Assembly (NCBI GenBank): GCA_964057225.1
Contig: OZ059894.1
Span: 1,240,001-1,304,000, forward strand
Length of the DNA: 64,000 nt
Direction: 5' to 3'
From: Auanema rhodensis
Taxonomy: Eukaryota; Animalia; Nematoda
The position numbers and the translations under genes were made by a program. This document shows, in pieces, positions 42,401-57,400 of the stretch (position 1 is the stretch's first letter; each line of letters starts with the position of its first letter). The notes under the pieces were generated by a model. That model saw only the letters and a program-made list of their open reading frames with translations. It made no database searches and had not been told where the DNA came from.

Positions 42401-45400
42401 GAACGCTTAATACAAAAATTAGTTATGATCGTTTGAAAAATGATGCATTAGTGTATGTTGAGTTTCCATGTACACTCAACATAGCTTCCAAAAACATTTT
42501 GACAAAAATTTTTTCGAAAAATTTCAGAATAATTTAGCAAAAAGTAGATGTTTTTAGATTTCTTTTTTCAAGGCAAAGACGATGGACAATGTTATTCAAC
42601 GAAAAAATTAATTCTTCAGGGTGAAAATCGAGGATATAAGTGTGAACTTATATCAGTTGATATCTCGGTGCATTTTTAAGCTAGCGCAAATCTGATAACA
42701 CAGATCGACGCAGCTTAAAAATCCGCATCGAATGCACTATACTACTTTGAGAAACGCTTAATACAAAAATTAGTTATGATCGTTTGAAAAATGATGCATT
42801 AGTGTATGTTGAGTTTCCATGTACACTCAACATTGCTTCCAAAAACATTTTGACAAAAATTTTTTCGAAAAATTTCAAAATATTTTAGCAAAAAGTAGAT
42901 GTTTTTAGATTTCTTTTTTCAAGGCAAACACGATGGACAATGTTTTTCAACGAAAAAATTAATTCTTCAGGGTGAAAATCGAGGATATAAGTGTGAACTT
43001 ATATCAGTTGATATCTCGGTGCATTTTTAAGCTAGCGCAAATCTGATAACACAGATCGACGCAGCTTGAAAATCCGCATCGAATGCACTATACCACATTG
43101 AGGAACGCTTAATACAAAAATTAGTTATGATCGTTTGAAAAATGATGCATTAGTGTATGTTGAGTTTCCATGTACACTCAACATAGCTTCCAAAAACATT
43201 TTGACAAAAATTTTTTCGAAAAATTTCAGAATAATTTAGCAAAAAGTAGATGTTTTTAGATTTCTTTTTTCAAGGCAAAGACGATGGACAATGTTATTCA
43301 ACGAAAAAATTAATTCTTCAGGGTGAAAATCGAGGATATAAGTGTGAACTTATATCAGTTGATATCTCGGTGCATTTTTAAGCTAGCGCAAATCTGATAA
43401 CACAGATCGACGCAGCTTGAAAATCCGCATCTAATGCACTATACTACTTTGAGAAACGCTTAATACAAAAATTAGTTATGATCGTTTGAAAAATGATGCA
43501 TTAGTGTATGTTGAGTTTCCATGTACACTTAACATTGCTTCCAAAAACATTTTGACAAAAATTTTTTCGAAAAATTTCAAAATATTTTAGCAAAAAGTAG
43601 ATGTTTTTAGATTTCTTTTTTCAAGGCAAAGACGATGGACAATGTTATTCAACGAAAAAATTAATTCTTCAGGGTGAAAATCGAGGATATAAGTGTGAAC
43701 TTATATCAGTTGATATCTCGGTGCATTTTTAAGCTAGCGCAAATCTGATAACACAGATCGACGCAGCTTAAAAATCCGCATCGAATGCACTATACTACTT
43801 TGAGAAACGCTTAATACAAAAATTAGTTATGATCGTTTGAAAAATGATGCATTAGTGTATGTTGAGTTTCCATGTACACTCAACATTGCTTCCAAAAACA
43901 TTTTGACAAAAATTTTTTCGAAAAATTTCAAAATATTTTAGCAAAAAGTAGATGTTTTTAGATTCCTTTTTTCAAGGCAAAGACGATGGACAATGTTATT
44001 CAACGAAAAAATTAATTCTTCAGGGTGAAAATCGAGGATATAAGTGTGAACTTATATCAGTTGATATCTCGGTGCATTTTTAAGCTAGCGCAAATCTGAT
44101 AACACAGATCGACGCAGCTTGAAAATCCGCATCTAATGCACTATACTACTTTGAGAAACGCTTAATACAAAAATTAGTTATGATCGTTTGAAAAATGATG
44201 CATTAGTGTATGTTGAGTTTCCATGTACACTCAACATTGCTTCCAAAAACATTTTGACAAAAATTTTTTCGAAAAATTTCAGAATAATTTAGCAAAAAGT
44301 AGATGTTTTTAGATTTCTTTTTTCAAGGCAAAGACGATGGACAATGTTATTCAACGAAAAAATTAATTCTTCAGGGTGAAAATCGAGGATATAAGTGTGA
44401 ACTTATATCAGTTGATATCTCGGTGCATTTTTAAGCTAGCGCAAATCTGATAACACAGATCGACGCAGCTTGAAAATCCGCATCTAATGCACTATACTAC
44501 TTTGAGAAACGCTTAATACAAAAATTAGTTATGATCGTTTGAAAAATGATGCATTAGTGTATGTTGAGTTTCCATGTACACTCAACATTGCTTCCAAAAA
44601 CATTTTGACAAAAATTTTTTCGAAAAATTTCAGAATAATTTAGCGAAAAGTAGATGTTTTTAGATTCCTTTTTTCAAGGCAAAGACGATGGACAATGTTA
44701 TTCAACGAAAAAATTAATTCTTCAGGGTGAAAATCGAGGATATAAGTGTGAACTTATATCAGTTGATATCTCGGTGCATTTTTAAGCTAGCGCAAATCTG
44801 ATAACACAGATCGACGCAGCTTGAAAATCCGCATCGAATGCACTATACTACTTTGAGAAACGCTTAATACAAAAATTAGTTATGATCGTTTGAAAAATGA
44901 TGCATTAGTGTATGTTGAGTTTCCATGTACACTCAACATTGCTTCCAAAAACATTTTGACAAAAATTTTTTCGAAAAATTTCAAATTAATTTAGCAGAAA
45001 GTATATGTTTTTAGATTCCTTTTTTCAAGGCAAAGACGATGGACAATGTTATTCAACGAAAAAATTAATTCTTCAGGGTGAAAATCGAGGATATAAGTGT
45101 GAACTTATATCAGTTGATATCTCGGTGCATTTTTAAGCTAGCGCAAATCTGATAACACAGATCGACGCAGCTTGAAAATCCGCATCTAATGCACTATACT
45201 ACTTTGAGAAACGCTTAATACAAAAATTAGTTATGATCGTTTGAAAAATGATGCATTAGTGTATGTTGAGTTTCCATGTACACTCAACATTGCTTCCAAA
45301 AACATTTTGACAAAAATTTTTTCGAAAAATTTCAGAATAATTTAGCAAAAAGTAGATGTTTTTAGATTTCTTTTTTCAAGGCAAAGACGATGGACAATGT

Positions 45401-48400
45401 TATTCAACGAAAAAATTAATTCTTCAGGGTGAAAATCGAGGGTATAAGTGTGAACTTATATCAGTTGATATCTCGGTGCATTTTTAAGCTAGCGCAAATC
45501 TGATAACACAGATCGACGCAGCTTGAAAATCCGCATCTAATGCACTATACTACTTTGGGAAACGCTTAATACAAAAATTAGTTATGATCGTTTGAAAAAT
45601 GATGCATTAGTGTATGTTGAGTTTCCATGTACACTCAACATTGCTTCCAAAAACATTTTGACAAAAATTTTTTCGAAAAATTTCAGAATAATTTAGCAAA
45701 AAGTAGATGTTTTTAGATTCCTTTTTTCAAGGCAAAGACGATGGACAATGTTATTCAACGAAAAAATTAATTCTTCAGGGTGAAAATCGAGGATATAAGT
45801 GTGAACTTATATCAGTTGATATCTCGGTGCATTTTTCAGCTAGCGCAAATCTGATAACACAGATCGACGCAGCTTGAAAATCCGCATCTAATGCACTATA
45901 CTACTTTGAGAAACGCTTAATACAAAAATTAGTTATGATCGTTTGAAAAATGATGCATTAGTGTATGTTGAGTTTCCATGTACACTCAACATTGCTTCCA
46001 AAAACATTTTGACAAAAATTTTTTCGAAAAATTTCAGAATAATTTAGCAAAAAGTAGATGTTTTTAGATTTCTTTTTTCAAGGCAAAGACGATGGACAAT
46101 GTTATTCAACGAAAAAATTAATTCTTCAGGGTGAAAATCGAGGATATAAGTGTGAACTTATATCAGTTGATATCTCGGTGCATTTTTAAGCTAGCGCAAA
46201 TCTGATAACACAGATCGACGCAGCTTGAAAATCCGCATCTAATGCACTATACTACTTTGGGAAACGCTTAATACAAAAATTAGTTATGATCGTTTGAAAA
46301 ATGATGCATTAGTGTATGTTGAGTTTCCATGTACACTCAACATTGCTTCCAAAAACATTTTGACAAAAATTTTTTCGAAAAATTTCAGAATAATTTAGCA
46401 AAAAGTAGATGTTTTTAGATTCCTTTTTTCAAGGCAAAGACGATGGACAATGTTATTCAACGAAAAAATTAATTCTTCAGGGTGAAAATCGAGGATATAA
46501 GTGTGAACTTATATCAGTTGATATCTCGGTGCATTTTTAAGCTAGCGCAAATCTGATAACACAGATCGACGCAGCTTGAAAATCCGCATCGAATGCACTA
46601 TACTACTTTGAGAAACGCTTAATACAAAAATTAGTTATGATCGTTTGAAAAATGATGCATTAGTGTATGTTGAGTTTCCATGTACACTCAACATTGCTTC
46701 CAAAAACATTTTGACAAAAATTTTTTCGAAAAATTTCAGAATAATTTAGCAAAAAGTAGATGTTTTTAGATTTCTTTTTTCAAGGCAAAGACGATGGACA
46801 ATGTTATTCAACGAAAAAATTAATTCTTCAGGGTGAAAATCGAGGATATAAGTGTGAACTTATATCAGTTGATATCTCGGTGCATTTTTAAGCTAGCGCA
46901 AATCTGATAACACAGATCGACGCAGCTTGAAAATCCGCATCGAATGCACTATACTACTTTGAGAAACGCTTAATACAAAAATTAGTTATGATCGTTTGAA
47001 AAATGATGCATTAGTGTATGTTGAGTTTCCATGTACACTCAACATTGCTTCCAAAAACATTTTGACAAAAATTTTTTCGAAAAATTTCAAAATAATTTAG
47101 CAAAAAGTAGACGTTTTTAGATTCTTTTTTTCAAGGCAAAGACGATGGACAATGTTATTCAACGAAAAAATTAATTCTTCAGGGTGAAAATCGAGGATAT
47201 AAGTGTGAACTTATATCAGTTGATATCTCGGTGCATTTTTAAGCTAGCGCAAATCTGATAACACAGATCGACGCAGCTTGAAAATCCGCATCTAATGCAC
47301 TATACTACTTTGGGAAACGCTTAATACAAAAATTAGTTATGATCGTTTGAAAAATGATGCATTAGTGTATGTTGAGTTTCCATGTACACTCAACATTGCT
47401 TCCAAAAACATTTTGACAAAAATTTTTTCGAAAAATTTCAGAATAATTTAGCAAAAAGTAGATGTTTTTAGATTCCTTTTTTCAAGGCAAAGACGATGGA
47501 CAATGTTATTCAACGAAAAAATTAATTCTTCAGGGTGAAAATCGAGGATATAAGTGTGAACTTATATCAGTTGATATCTCGGTGCATTTTTAAGCTAGCG
47601 CAAATCTGATAACACAGATCGACGCAGCTTGAAAATCCGCATCGAATGCACTATACTACTTTGAGAAACGCTTAATACAAAAATTAGTTATGATCGTTTG
47701 AAAAATGATGCATTAGTGTATGTTGAGTTTCCATGTACACTCAACATTGCTTCCAAAAACATTTTGACAAAAATTTTTTCGAAAAATTTCAGAATAATTT
47801 AGCAAAAAGTAGATGTTTTTAGATTTTTTTTTTCAAGGCAAAGACGATGGACATTGTTATTCAACGAAAAAATTAATTCTTCAGGGTGAAAATCGAGGAT
47901 ATAAGTGTGAACTTATATCAGTTGATATCTCGGTGCATTTTTAAGCTAGCGCAAATCTGATAACACAGATCGACGCAGCTTGAAAATCCGCATCGAATGC
48001 ACTATACTACTTTGAGAAACGCTTAATACAAAAATTAGTTATGATCGTTTGAAAAATGATGCATTAGTGTATGTTGAGTTTCCATGTACACTCAACATTG
48101 CTTCCAAAAACATTTTGACAAAAATTTTTTCGAAAAATTTCAAATTAATTTAGCAGAAAGTATATGTTTTTAGATTCCTTTTTTCAAGGCAAAGACGATG
48201 GACAATGTTATTCAACGAAAAAATTAATTCTTCAGGGTGAAAATCGAGGATATAAGTGTGAACTTATATCAGTTGATATCTCGGTGCATTTTTAAGCTAG
48301 CGCAAATCTGATAACACAGATCGACGCAGCTTGAAAATCCGCATCGAATGCACTATACTACTTTGGGAAACGCTTAATACAAAAATTAGTTATGATCGTT

Positions 48401-51400
48401 TGAAAAATGATGCATTAGTGTATGTTGAGTTTCCATGTACACTCAACATTGCTTCCAAAAACATTTTGACAAAAATTTTTTCGAAAAATTTCAGAATAAT
48501 TTAGCAAAAAGTAGATGTTTTTAGATTCCTTTTTTCAAGGCAAAGACGATGGACAATGTTATTCAACGAAAAAATTAATTCTTCAGGGTGAAAATCGAGG
48601 ATATAAGTGTGAACTTATATCAGTTGATATCTCGGTGCATTTTTAAGCTAGCGCAAATCTGATAACACAGATCGACGCAGCTTGAAAATCCGCATCGAAT
48701 GCACTATACTACTTTGAGAAACGCTTAATACAAAAATTAGTTATGATCGTTTGAAAAATGATGCATTAGTGTATGTTGAGTTTCCATGTACACTCAACAT
48801 TGCTTCCAAAAACATTTTGACAAAAATTTTTTCGAAAAATTTCAGAATAATTTAGCAAAAAGTAGATGTTTTTAGATTTTTTTTTTCAAGGCAAAGACGA
48901 TGGACAATGTTATTCAACGAAAAAATTAATTCTTCAGGGTGAAAATCGAGGATATAAGTGTGAACTTATATCAGTTGATATCTCGGTGCATTTTTAAGCT
49001 AGCGCAAATCTGATAACACAGATCGACGCAGCTTGAAAATCCGCATCGAATGCACTATACTACTTTGAGAAACGCTTAATACAAAAATTAGTTATGATCG
49101 TTTGAAAAATGATGCATTAGTGTATGTTGAGTTTCCATGTACACTCAACATTGCTTCCAAAAACATTTTGACAAAAATTTTTTCGAAAAATTTCAAATTA
49201 ATTTAGCAGAAAGTATATGTTTTTAGATTCCTTTTTTCAAGGCAAAGACGATGGACAATGTTATTCAACGAAAAAATTAATTCTTCAGGGTGAAAATCGA
49301 GGATATAAGTGTGAACTTATATCAGTTGATATCTCGGTGCATTTTTAAGCTAGCGCAAATCTGATAACACAGATCGACGCAGCTTGAAAATCCGCATCGA
49401 ATGCACTATACTACTTTGAGAAACGCTTAATACAAAAATTAGTTATGATCGTTTGAAAAATGATGCATTAGTGTATGTTGAGTTTCCATGTACACTCAAC
49501 ATTGCTTCCAAAAACATTTTGACAAAAATTTTTTCGAAAAATTTCAAATTAATTTAGCAGAAAGTATATGTTTTTAGATTCCTTTTTTCAAGGCAAAGAC
49601 GATGGACAATGTTATTCAACGAAAAAATTAATTCTTCAGGGTGAAAATCGAGGATATAAGTGTGAACTTATATCAGTTGATATCTCGGTGCATTTTTAAG
49701 CTAGCGCAAATCTGATAACACAGATCGACGCAGCTTGAAAATCCGCATCTAATGCACTATACTACTTTGAGAAACGCTTAATACAAAAATTAGTTATGAT
49801 CGTTTGAAAAATGATGCATTAGTGTATGTTGAGTTTCCATGTACACTCAACATTGCTTCCAAAAACATTTTGACAAAAATTTTTTCGAAAAATTTCAGAA
49901 TAATTTAGCAAAAAGTAGATGTTTTTAGATTTCTTTTTTCAAGGCAAAGACGATGGACAATGTTATTCAACGAAAAAATTAATTCTTCAGGGTGAAAATC
50001 GAGGATATAAGTGTGAACTTATATCAGTTGATATCTCGGTGCATTTTTAAGCTAGCGCAAATCTGATAACACAGATCGACGCAGCTTGAAAATCCGCATC
50101 TAATGCACTATACTACTTTGGGAAACGCTTAATACAAAAATTAGTTATGATCGTTTGAAAAATGATGCATTAGTGTATGTTGAGTTTCCATGTACACTCA
50201 ACATTGCTTCCAAAAACATTTTGACAAAAATTTTTTCGAAAAATTTCAGAATAATTTAGCAAAAAGTAGATGTTTTTAGATTCCTTTTTTCAAGGCAAAG
50301 ACGATGGACAATGTTATTCAACGAAAAAATTAATTCTTCAGGGTGAAAATCGAGGATATAAGTGTGAACTTATATCAGTTGATATCTCGGTGCATTTTTA
50401 AGCTAGCGCAAATCTGATAACACAGATCGACGCAGCTTGAAAATCCGCATCGAATGCACTATACTACTTTGAGAAACGCTTAATACAAAAATTAGTTATG
50501 ATCGTTTGAAAAATGATGCATTAGTGTATGTTGAGTTTCCATGTACACTCAACATTGCTTCCAAAAACATTTTGACAAAAATTTTTTCGAAAAATTTCAG
50601 AATAATTTAGCAAAAAGTAGATGTTTTTAGATTTCTTTTTTCAAGGCAAAGACGATGGACAATGTTATTCAACGAAAAAATTAATTTTTCAGGGTGAAAA
50701 TCGAGGATATAAGTGTGAACTTATATCAGTTGATATCTCGGTGCATTTTTAAGCTAGCGCAAATCTGATAACACAGATCGACGCAGCTTGAAAATCCGCA
50801 TCGAATGCACTATACTACTTTGAGAAACGCTTAATACAAAAATTAGTTATGATCGTTTGAAAAATGATGCATTAGTGTATGTTGAGTTTCCATGTACACT
50901 CAACATTGCTTCCAAAAACATTTTGACAAAAATTTTTTCGAAAAATTTCAAATTAATTTAGCAGAAAGTATATGTTTTTAGATTCCTTTTTTCAAGGCAA
51001 AGACGATGGACAATGTTATTCAACGAAAAAATTAATTCTTCAGGGTGAAAATCGAGGATATAAGTGTCAACTTATATCAGTTGATATCTCGGTGCATTTT
51101 TAAGCTAGCGCAAATCTGATAACACAGATCGACGCAGCTTGAAAATCCGCATCTAATGCACTATACTACTTTGAGAAACGCTTAATACAAAAATTAGTTA
51201 TGATCGTTTGAAAAATGATGCATTAGTGTATGTTGAGTTTCCATGTACACTCAACATTGCTTCCAAAAACATTTTGACAAAAATTTTTTCGAAAAATTTC
51301 AAAATAATTTAGCAAAAAGTAGACGTTTTTAGATTCTTTTTTTCAAGGCAAAGACGATGGACAATGTTATTCAACGAAAAAATTAATTCTTCAGGGTGAA

Positions 51401-54400
51401 AATCGAGGATATAAGTGTGAACTTATATCAGTTGATATCTCGGTGCATTTTTAAGCTAGCGCAAATCTGATAACACAGATCGACGCAGCTTGAAAATCCG
51501 CATCTAATGCACTATACTACTTTGGGAAACGCTTAATACAAAAATTAGTTATGATCGTTTGAAAAATGATGCATTAGTGTATGTTGAGTTTCCATGTACA
51601 CTCAACATTGCTTCCAAAAACATTTTGACAAAAATTTTTTCGAAAAATTTCAGAATAATTTAGCAAAAAGTAGATGTTTTTAGATTCCTTTTTTCAAGGC
51701 AAAGACGATGGACAATGTTATTCAACGAAAAAATTAATTCTTCAGGGTGAAAATCGAGGATATAAGTGTGAACTTATATCAGTTGATATCTCGGTGCATT
51801 TTTAAGCTAGCGCAAATCTGATAACACAGATCGACGCAGCTTGAAAATCCGCATCGAATGCACTATACTACTTTGAGAAACGCTTAATACAAAAATTAGT
51901 TATGATCGTTTGAAAAATGATGCATTAGTGTATGTTGAGTTTCCATGTACACTCAACATTGCTTCCAAAAACATTTTGACAAAAATTTTTTCGAAAAATT
52001 TCAGAATAATTTAGCAAAAAGTAGATGTTTTTAGATTTTTTTTTTCAAGGCAAAGACGATGGACAATGTTATTCAACGAAAAAATTAATTCTTCAGGGTG
52101 AAAATCGAGGATATAAGTGTGAACTTATATCAGTTGATATCTCGGTGCATTTTTAAGCTAGCGCAAATCTGATAACACAGATCGACGCAGCTTGAAAATC
52201 CGCATCGAATGCACTATACTACTTTGAGAAACGCTTAATACAAAAATTAGTTATGATCGTTTGAAAAATGATGCATTAGTGTATGTTGAGTTTCCATGTA
52301 CACTCAACATTGCTTCCAAAAACATTTTGACAAAAATTTTTTCGAAAAATTTCAAATTAATTTAGCAGAAAGTATATGTTTTTAGATTCCTTTTTTCAAG
52401 GCAAAGACGATGGACAATGTTATTCAACGAAAAAATTAATTCTTCAGGGTGAAAATCGAGGATATAAGTGTGAACTTATATCAGTTGATATCTCGGTGCA
52501 TTTTTAAGCTAGCGCAAATCTGATAACACAGATCGACGCAGCTTGAAAATCCGCATCTAATGCACTATACTACTTTGAGAAACGCTTAATACAAAAATTA
52601 GTTATGATCGTTTGAAAAATGATGCATTAGTGTATGTTGAGTTTCCATGTACACTCAACATTGCTTCCAAAAACATTTTGACAAAAATTTTTTCGAAAAA
52701 TTTCAAAATAATTTAGCAAAAAGTAGATGTTTTTAGATTCTTTTTTTCAAGGCGAAGACGATCGACAATGTTATTCAACGAAAAAATTAATTCTTCAGGG
52801 TGAAAATCGAGGATATAAGTGTGAACTTATATCAGTTGATATCTCGGTGCATTTTTAAGCTAGCGCAAATCTGATAACACAGATCGACGCAGCTTAAAAA
52901 TCCGCATCGAATGCACTATACTTCATTGAGGAACGCTTAATACAAAAATTAGTTATGATCGTTTGAAAAATGATGCATTAGTGTATGTTGAGTTTCCATG
53001 TACACTCAACATAGCTTCCAAAAACATTTTGACAAAAATTTTTTCGAAAAATTTCAAAATAATTTAGCAAAAAGTAGATGTTTTTAGATTCCTTTTTTCA
53101 AGGCAAAGACGATGGACAATGTTATTCAACGAAAAAATTAATTCTTCAGGGTGAAAATCGAGGATATAAGTGTGAACTTATATCAGTTGATATCTCGGTG
53201 CATTTTTAAGCTAGCGCAAATCTGATAACACAGATCGACGCAGCTTGAAAATCCGCATCTAATGCACTATACTACTTTGAGAAACGCTTAATACAAAAAT
53301 TAGTTATGATCGTTTGAAAAATGATGCATTAGTGTATGTTGAGTTTCCATGTACACTTAACATTGCTTCCAAAAACATTTTGACAAAAATTTTTTCGAAA
53401 AATTTCAGAATAATTTAGCAAAAAGTAGATGTTTTTAGATTCCTTTTTTCAAGGCAAAGACGATGGACAATGTTATTCAACGAAAAAATTAATTCTTCAG
53501 GGTGAAAATCGAGGATATAAGTGTGAACTTATATCAGTTGATATCTCGGTGCATTTTTAAGCTAGCGCAAATCTGATAACACAGATCGACGCAGCTTGAA
53601 AATCCGCATCGAATGCACTATACTACTTTGAGAAACGCTTAATACAAAAATTAGTTATGATCGTTTGAAAAATGATGCATTAGTGTATGTTGAGTTTCCA
53701 TGTACACTCAACATTGCTTCCAAAAACATTTTGACAAAAATTTTTTCGAAAAATTTCAAATTAATTTAGCAGAAAGTATATGTTTTTAGATTCCTTTTTT
53801 CAAGGCAAAGACGATGGACAATGTTATTCAACGAAAAAATTAATTCTTCAGGGTGAAAATCGAGGATATAAGTGTGAACTTATATCAGTTGATATCTCGG
53901 TGCATTTTTAAGCTAGCGCAAATCTGATAACACAGATCGACGCAGCTTGAAAATCCGCATCTAATGCACTATACTACTTTGAGAAACGCTTAATACAAAA
54001 ATTAGTTATGATCGTTTGAAAAATGATGCATTAGTGTATGTTGAGTTTCCATGTACACTCAACATTGCTTCCAAAAACATTTTGACAAAAATTTTTTCGA
54101 AAAATTTCAGAATAATTTAGCAAAAAGTAGATGTTTTTAGATTTCTTTTTTCAAGGCAAAGACGATGGACAATGTTATTCAACGAAAAAATTAATTCTTC
54201 AGGGTGAAAATCGAAGATATAAGTGTGAACTTATATCAGTTGATATCTCGGTGCATTTTTAAGCTAGCGCAAATCTGATAACACAGATCGACGCAGCTTG
54301 AAAATCCGCATCTAATGCACTATACTACTTTGGGAAACGCTTAATACAAAAATTAGTTATGATCGTTTGAAAAATGATGCATTAGTGTATGTTGAGTTTC

Positions 54401-57400
54401 CATGTACACTCAACATTGCTTCCAAAAACATTTTGACAAAAATTTTTTCGAAAAATTTCAGAATAATTTAGCAAAAAGTAGATGTTTTTAGATTCCTTTT
54501 TTCAAGGCAAAGACGATGGACAATGTTATTCAACGAAAAAATTAATTCTTCAGGGTGAAAATCGAGGATATAAGTGTGAACTTATATCAGTTGATATCTC
54601 GGTGCATTTTTAAGCTAGCGCAAATCTGATAACACAGATCGACGCAGCTTGAAAATCCGCATCGAATGCACTATACTACTTTGAGAAACGCTTAATACAA
54701 AAATTAGTTATGATCGTTTGAAAAATGATGCATTAGTGTATGTTGAGTTTCCATGTACACTTAACATTGCTTCCAAAAACATTTTGACAAAAATTTTTTC
54801 GAAAAATTTCAAAATATTTTAGCAAAAAGTAGATGTTTTTAGATTTCTTTTTTCAAGGCAAAGACGATGGACAATGTTATTCAACGAAAAAATTAATTCT
54901 TCAGGGTGAAAATCGAGGATATAAGTGTGAACTTATATCAGTTGATATCTCGGTGCATTTTTAAGCTAGCGCAAATCTGATAACACAGATCGACGCAGCT
55001 TAAAAATCCGCATCGAATGCACTATACTACTTTGAGAAACGCTTAATACAAAAATTAGTTATGATCGTTTGAAAAATGATGCATTAGTGTATGTTGAGTT
55101 TCCATGTACACTCAACATTGCTTCCAAAAACATTTTGACAAAAATTTTTTCGAAAAATTTCAAAATATTTTAGCAAAAAGTAGATGTTTTTAGATTCCTT
55201 TTTTCAAGGCAAAGACGATGGACAATGTTATTCAACGAAAAAATTAATTCTTCAGGGTGAAAATCGAGGATATAAGTGTGAACTTATATCAGTTGATATC
55301 TCGGTGCATTTTTGAGCTAGCGCAAATCTGATAACACAGATCGACGCAGCTTGAAAATCCGCATCTAATGCACTATACTACTTTGAGAAACGCTTAATAC
55401 AAAAATTAGTTATGATCGTTTGAAAAATGATGCATTAGTGTATGTTGAGTTTCCATGTACACTCAACATTGCTTCCAAAAACATTTTGACAAAAATTTTT
55501 TCGAAAAATTTCAGAATAATTTAGCAAAAAGTAGATGTTTTTAGATTTCTTTTTTCAAGGCAAAGACGATGGACAATGTTATTCAACGAAAAAATTAATT
55601 CTTCAGGGTGAAAATCGAGGATATAAGTGTGAACTTATATCAGTTGATATCTCGGTGCATTTTTAAGCTAGCGCAAATCTGATAACACAGATCGACGCAG
55701 CTTGAAAATCCGCATCTAATGCACTATACTACTTTGAGAAACGCTTAATACAAAAATTAGTTATGATCGTTTGAAAAATGATGCATTAGTGTATGTTGAG
55801 TTTCCATGTACACTCAACATTGCTTCCAAAAACATTTTGACAAAAATTTTTTCGAAAAATTTCAGAATAATTTAGCAAAAAGTAGATGTTTTTAGATTCC
55901 TTTTTTCAAGGCAAAGACGATGGACAATGTTATTCAACGAAAAAATTAATTCTTCAGGGTGAAAATCGAGGATATAAGTGTGAACTTATATCAGTTGATA
56001 TCTCGGTGCATTTTTAAGCTAGCGCAAATCTGATAACACAGATCGACGCAGCTTGAAAATCCGCATCGAATGCACTATACTACTTTGAGAAACGCTTAAT
56101 ACAAAAATTAGTTATGATCGTTTGAAAAATGATGCATTAGTGTATGTTGAGTTTCCATGTACACTCAACATTGCTTCCAAAAACATTTTGACAAAAATTT
56201 TTTCGAAAAATTTCAAATTAATTTAGCAGAAAGTATATGTTTTTAGATTCCTTTTTTCAAGGCAAAGACGATGGACAATGTTATTCAACGAAAAAATTAA
56301 TTCTTCAGGGTGAAAATCGAGGATATAAGTGTGAACTTATATCAGTTGATATCTCGGTGCATTTTTAAGCTAGCGCAAATCTGATAACACAGATCGACGC
56401 AGCTTGAAAATCCGCATCTAATGCACTATACTACTTTGAGAAACGCTTAATACAAAAATTAGTTATGATCGTTTGAAAAATGATGCATTAGTGTATGTTG
56501 AGTTTCCATGTACACTCAACATTGCTTCCAAAAACATTTTGACAAAAATTTTTTCGAAAAATTTCAGAATAATTTAGCAAAAAGTAGATGTTTTTAGATT
56601 TCTTTTTTCAAGGCAAAGACGATGGACAATGTTATTCAACGAAAAAATTAATTCTTCAGGGTGAAAATCGAGGATATAAGTGTGAACTTATATCAGTTGA
56701 TATCTCGGTGCATTTTTAAGCTAGCGCAAATCTGATAACACAGATCGACGCAGCTTGAAAATCCGCATCGAATGCACTATACTACTTTGAGAAACGCTTA
56801 ATACAAAAATTAGTTATGATCGTTTGAAAAATGATGCATTAGTGTATGTTGAGTTTCCATGTACACTCAACATTGCTTCCAAAAACATTTTGACAAAAAT
56901 TTTTTCGAAAAATTTCAAATTAATTTAGCAGAAAGTATATGTTTTTAAATTCCTTTTTTCAAGGCAAAGACGATGGACAATGTTATTCAACGAAAAAATT
57001 AATTCTTCAGGGTGAAAATCGAGGATATAAGTGTGAACTTATATCAGTTGATATCTCGGTGCATTTTTAAGCTAGCGCAAATCTGATAACACAGATCGAC
57101 GCAGCTTGAAAATCCGCATCTAATGCACTATACTACTTTGAGAAACGCTTAATACAAAAATTAGTTATGATCGTTTGAAAAATGATGCATTAGTGTATGT
57201 TGAGTTTCCATGTACACTCAACATTGCTTCCAAAAACATTTTGACAAAAATTTTTTCGAAAAATTTCAAAATAATTTAGCAAAAAGTAGATGTTTTTAGA
57301 TTCTTTTTTTCAAGGCGAAGACGATCGACAATGTTATTCAACGAAAAAATTAATTCTTCAGGGTGAAAATCGAGGATATAAGTGTGAACTTATATCAGTT

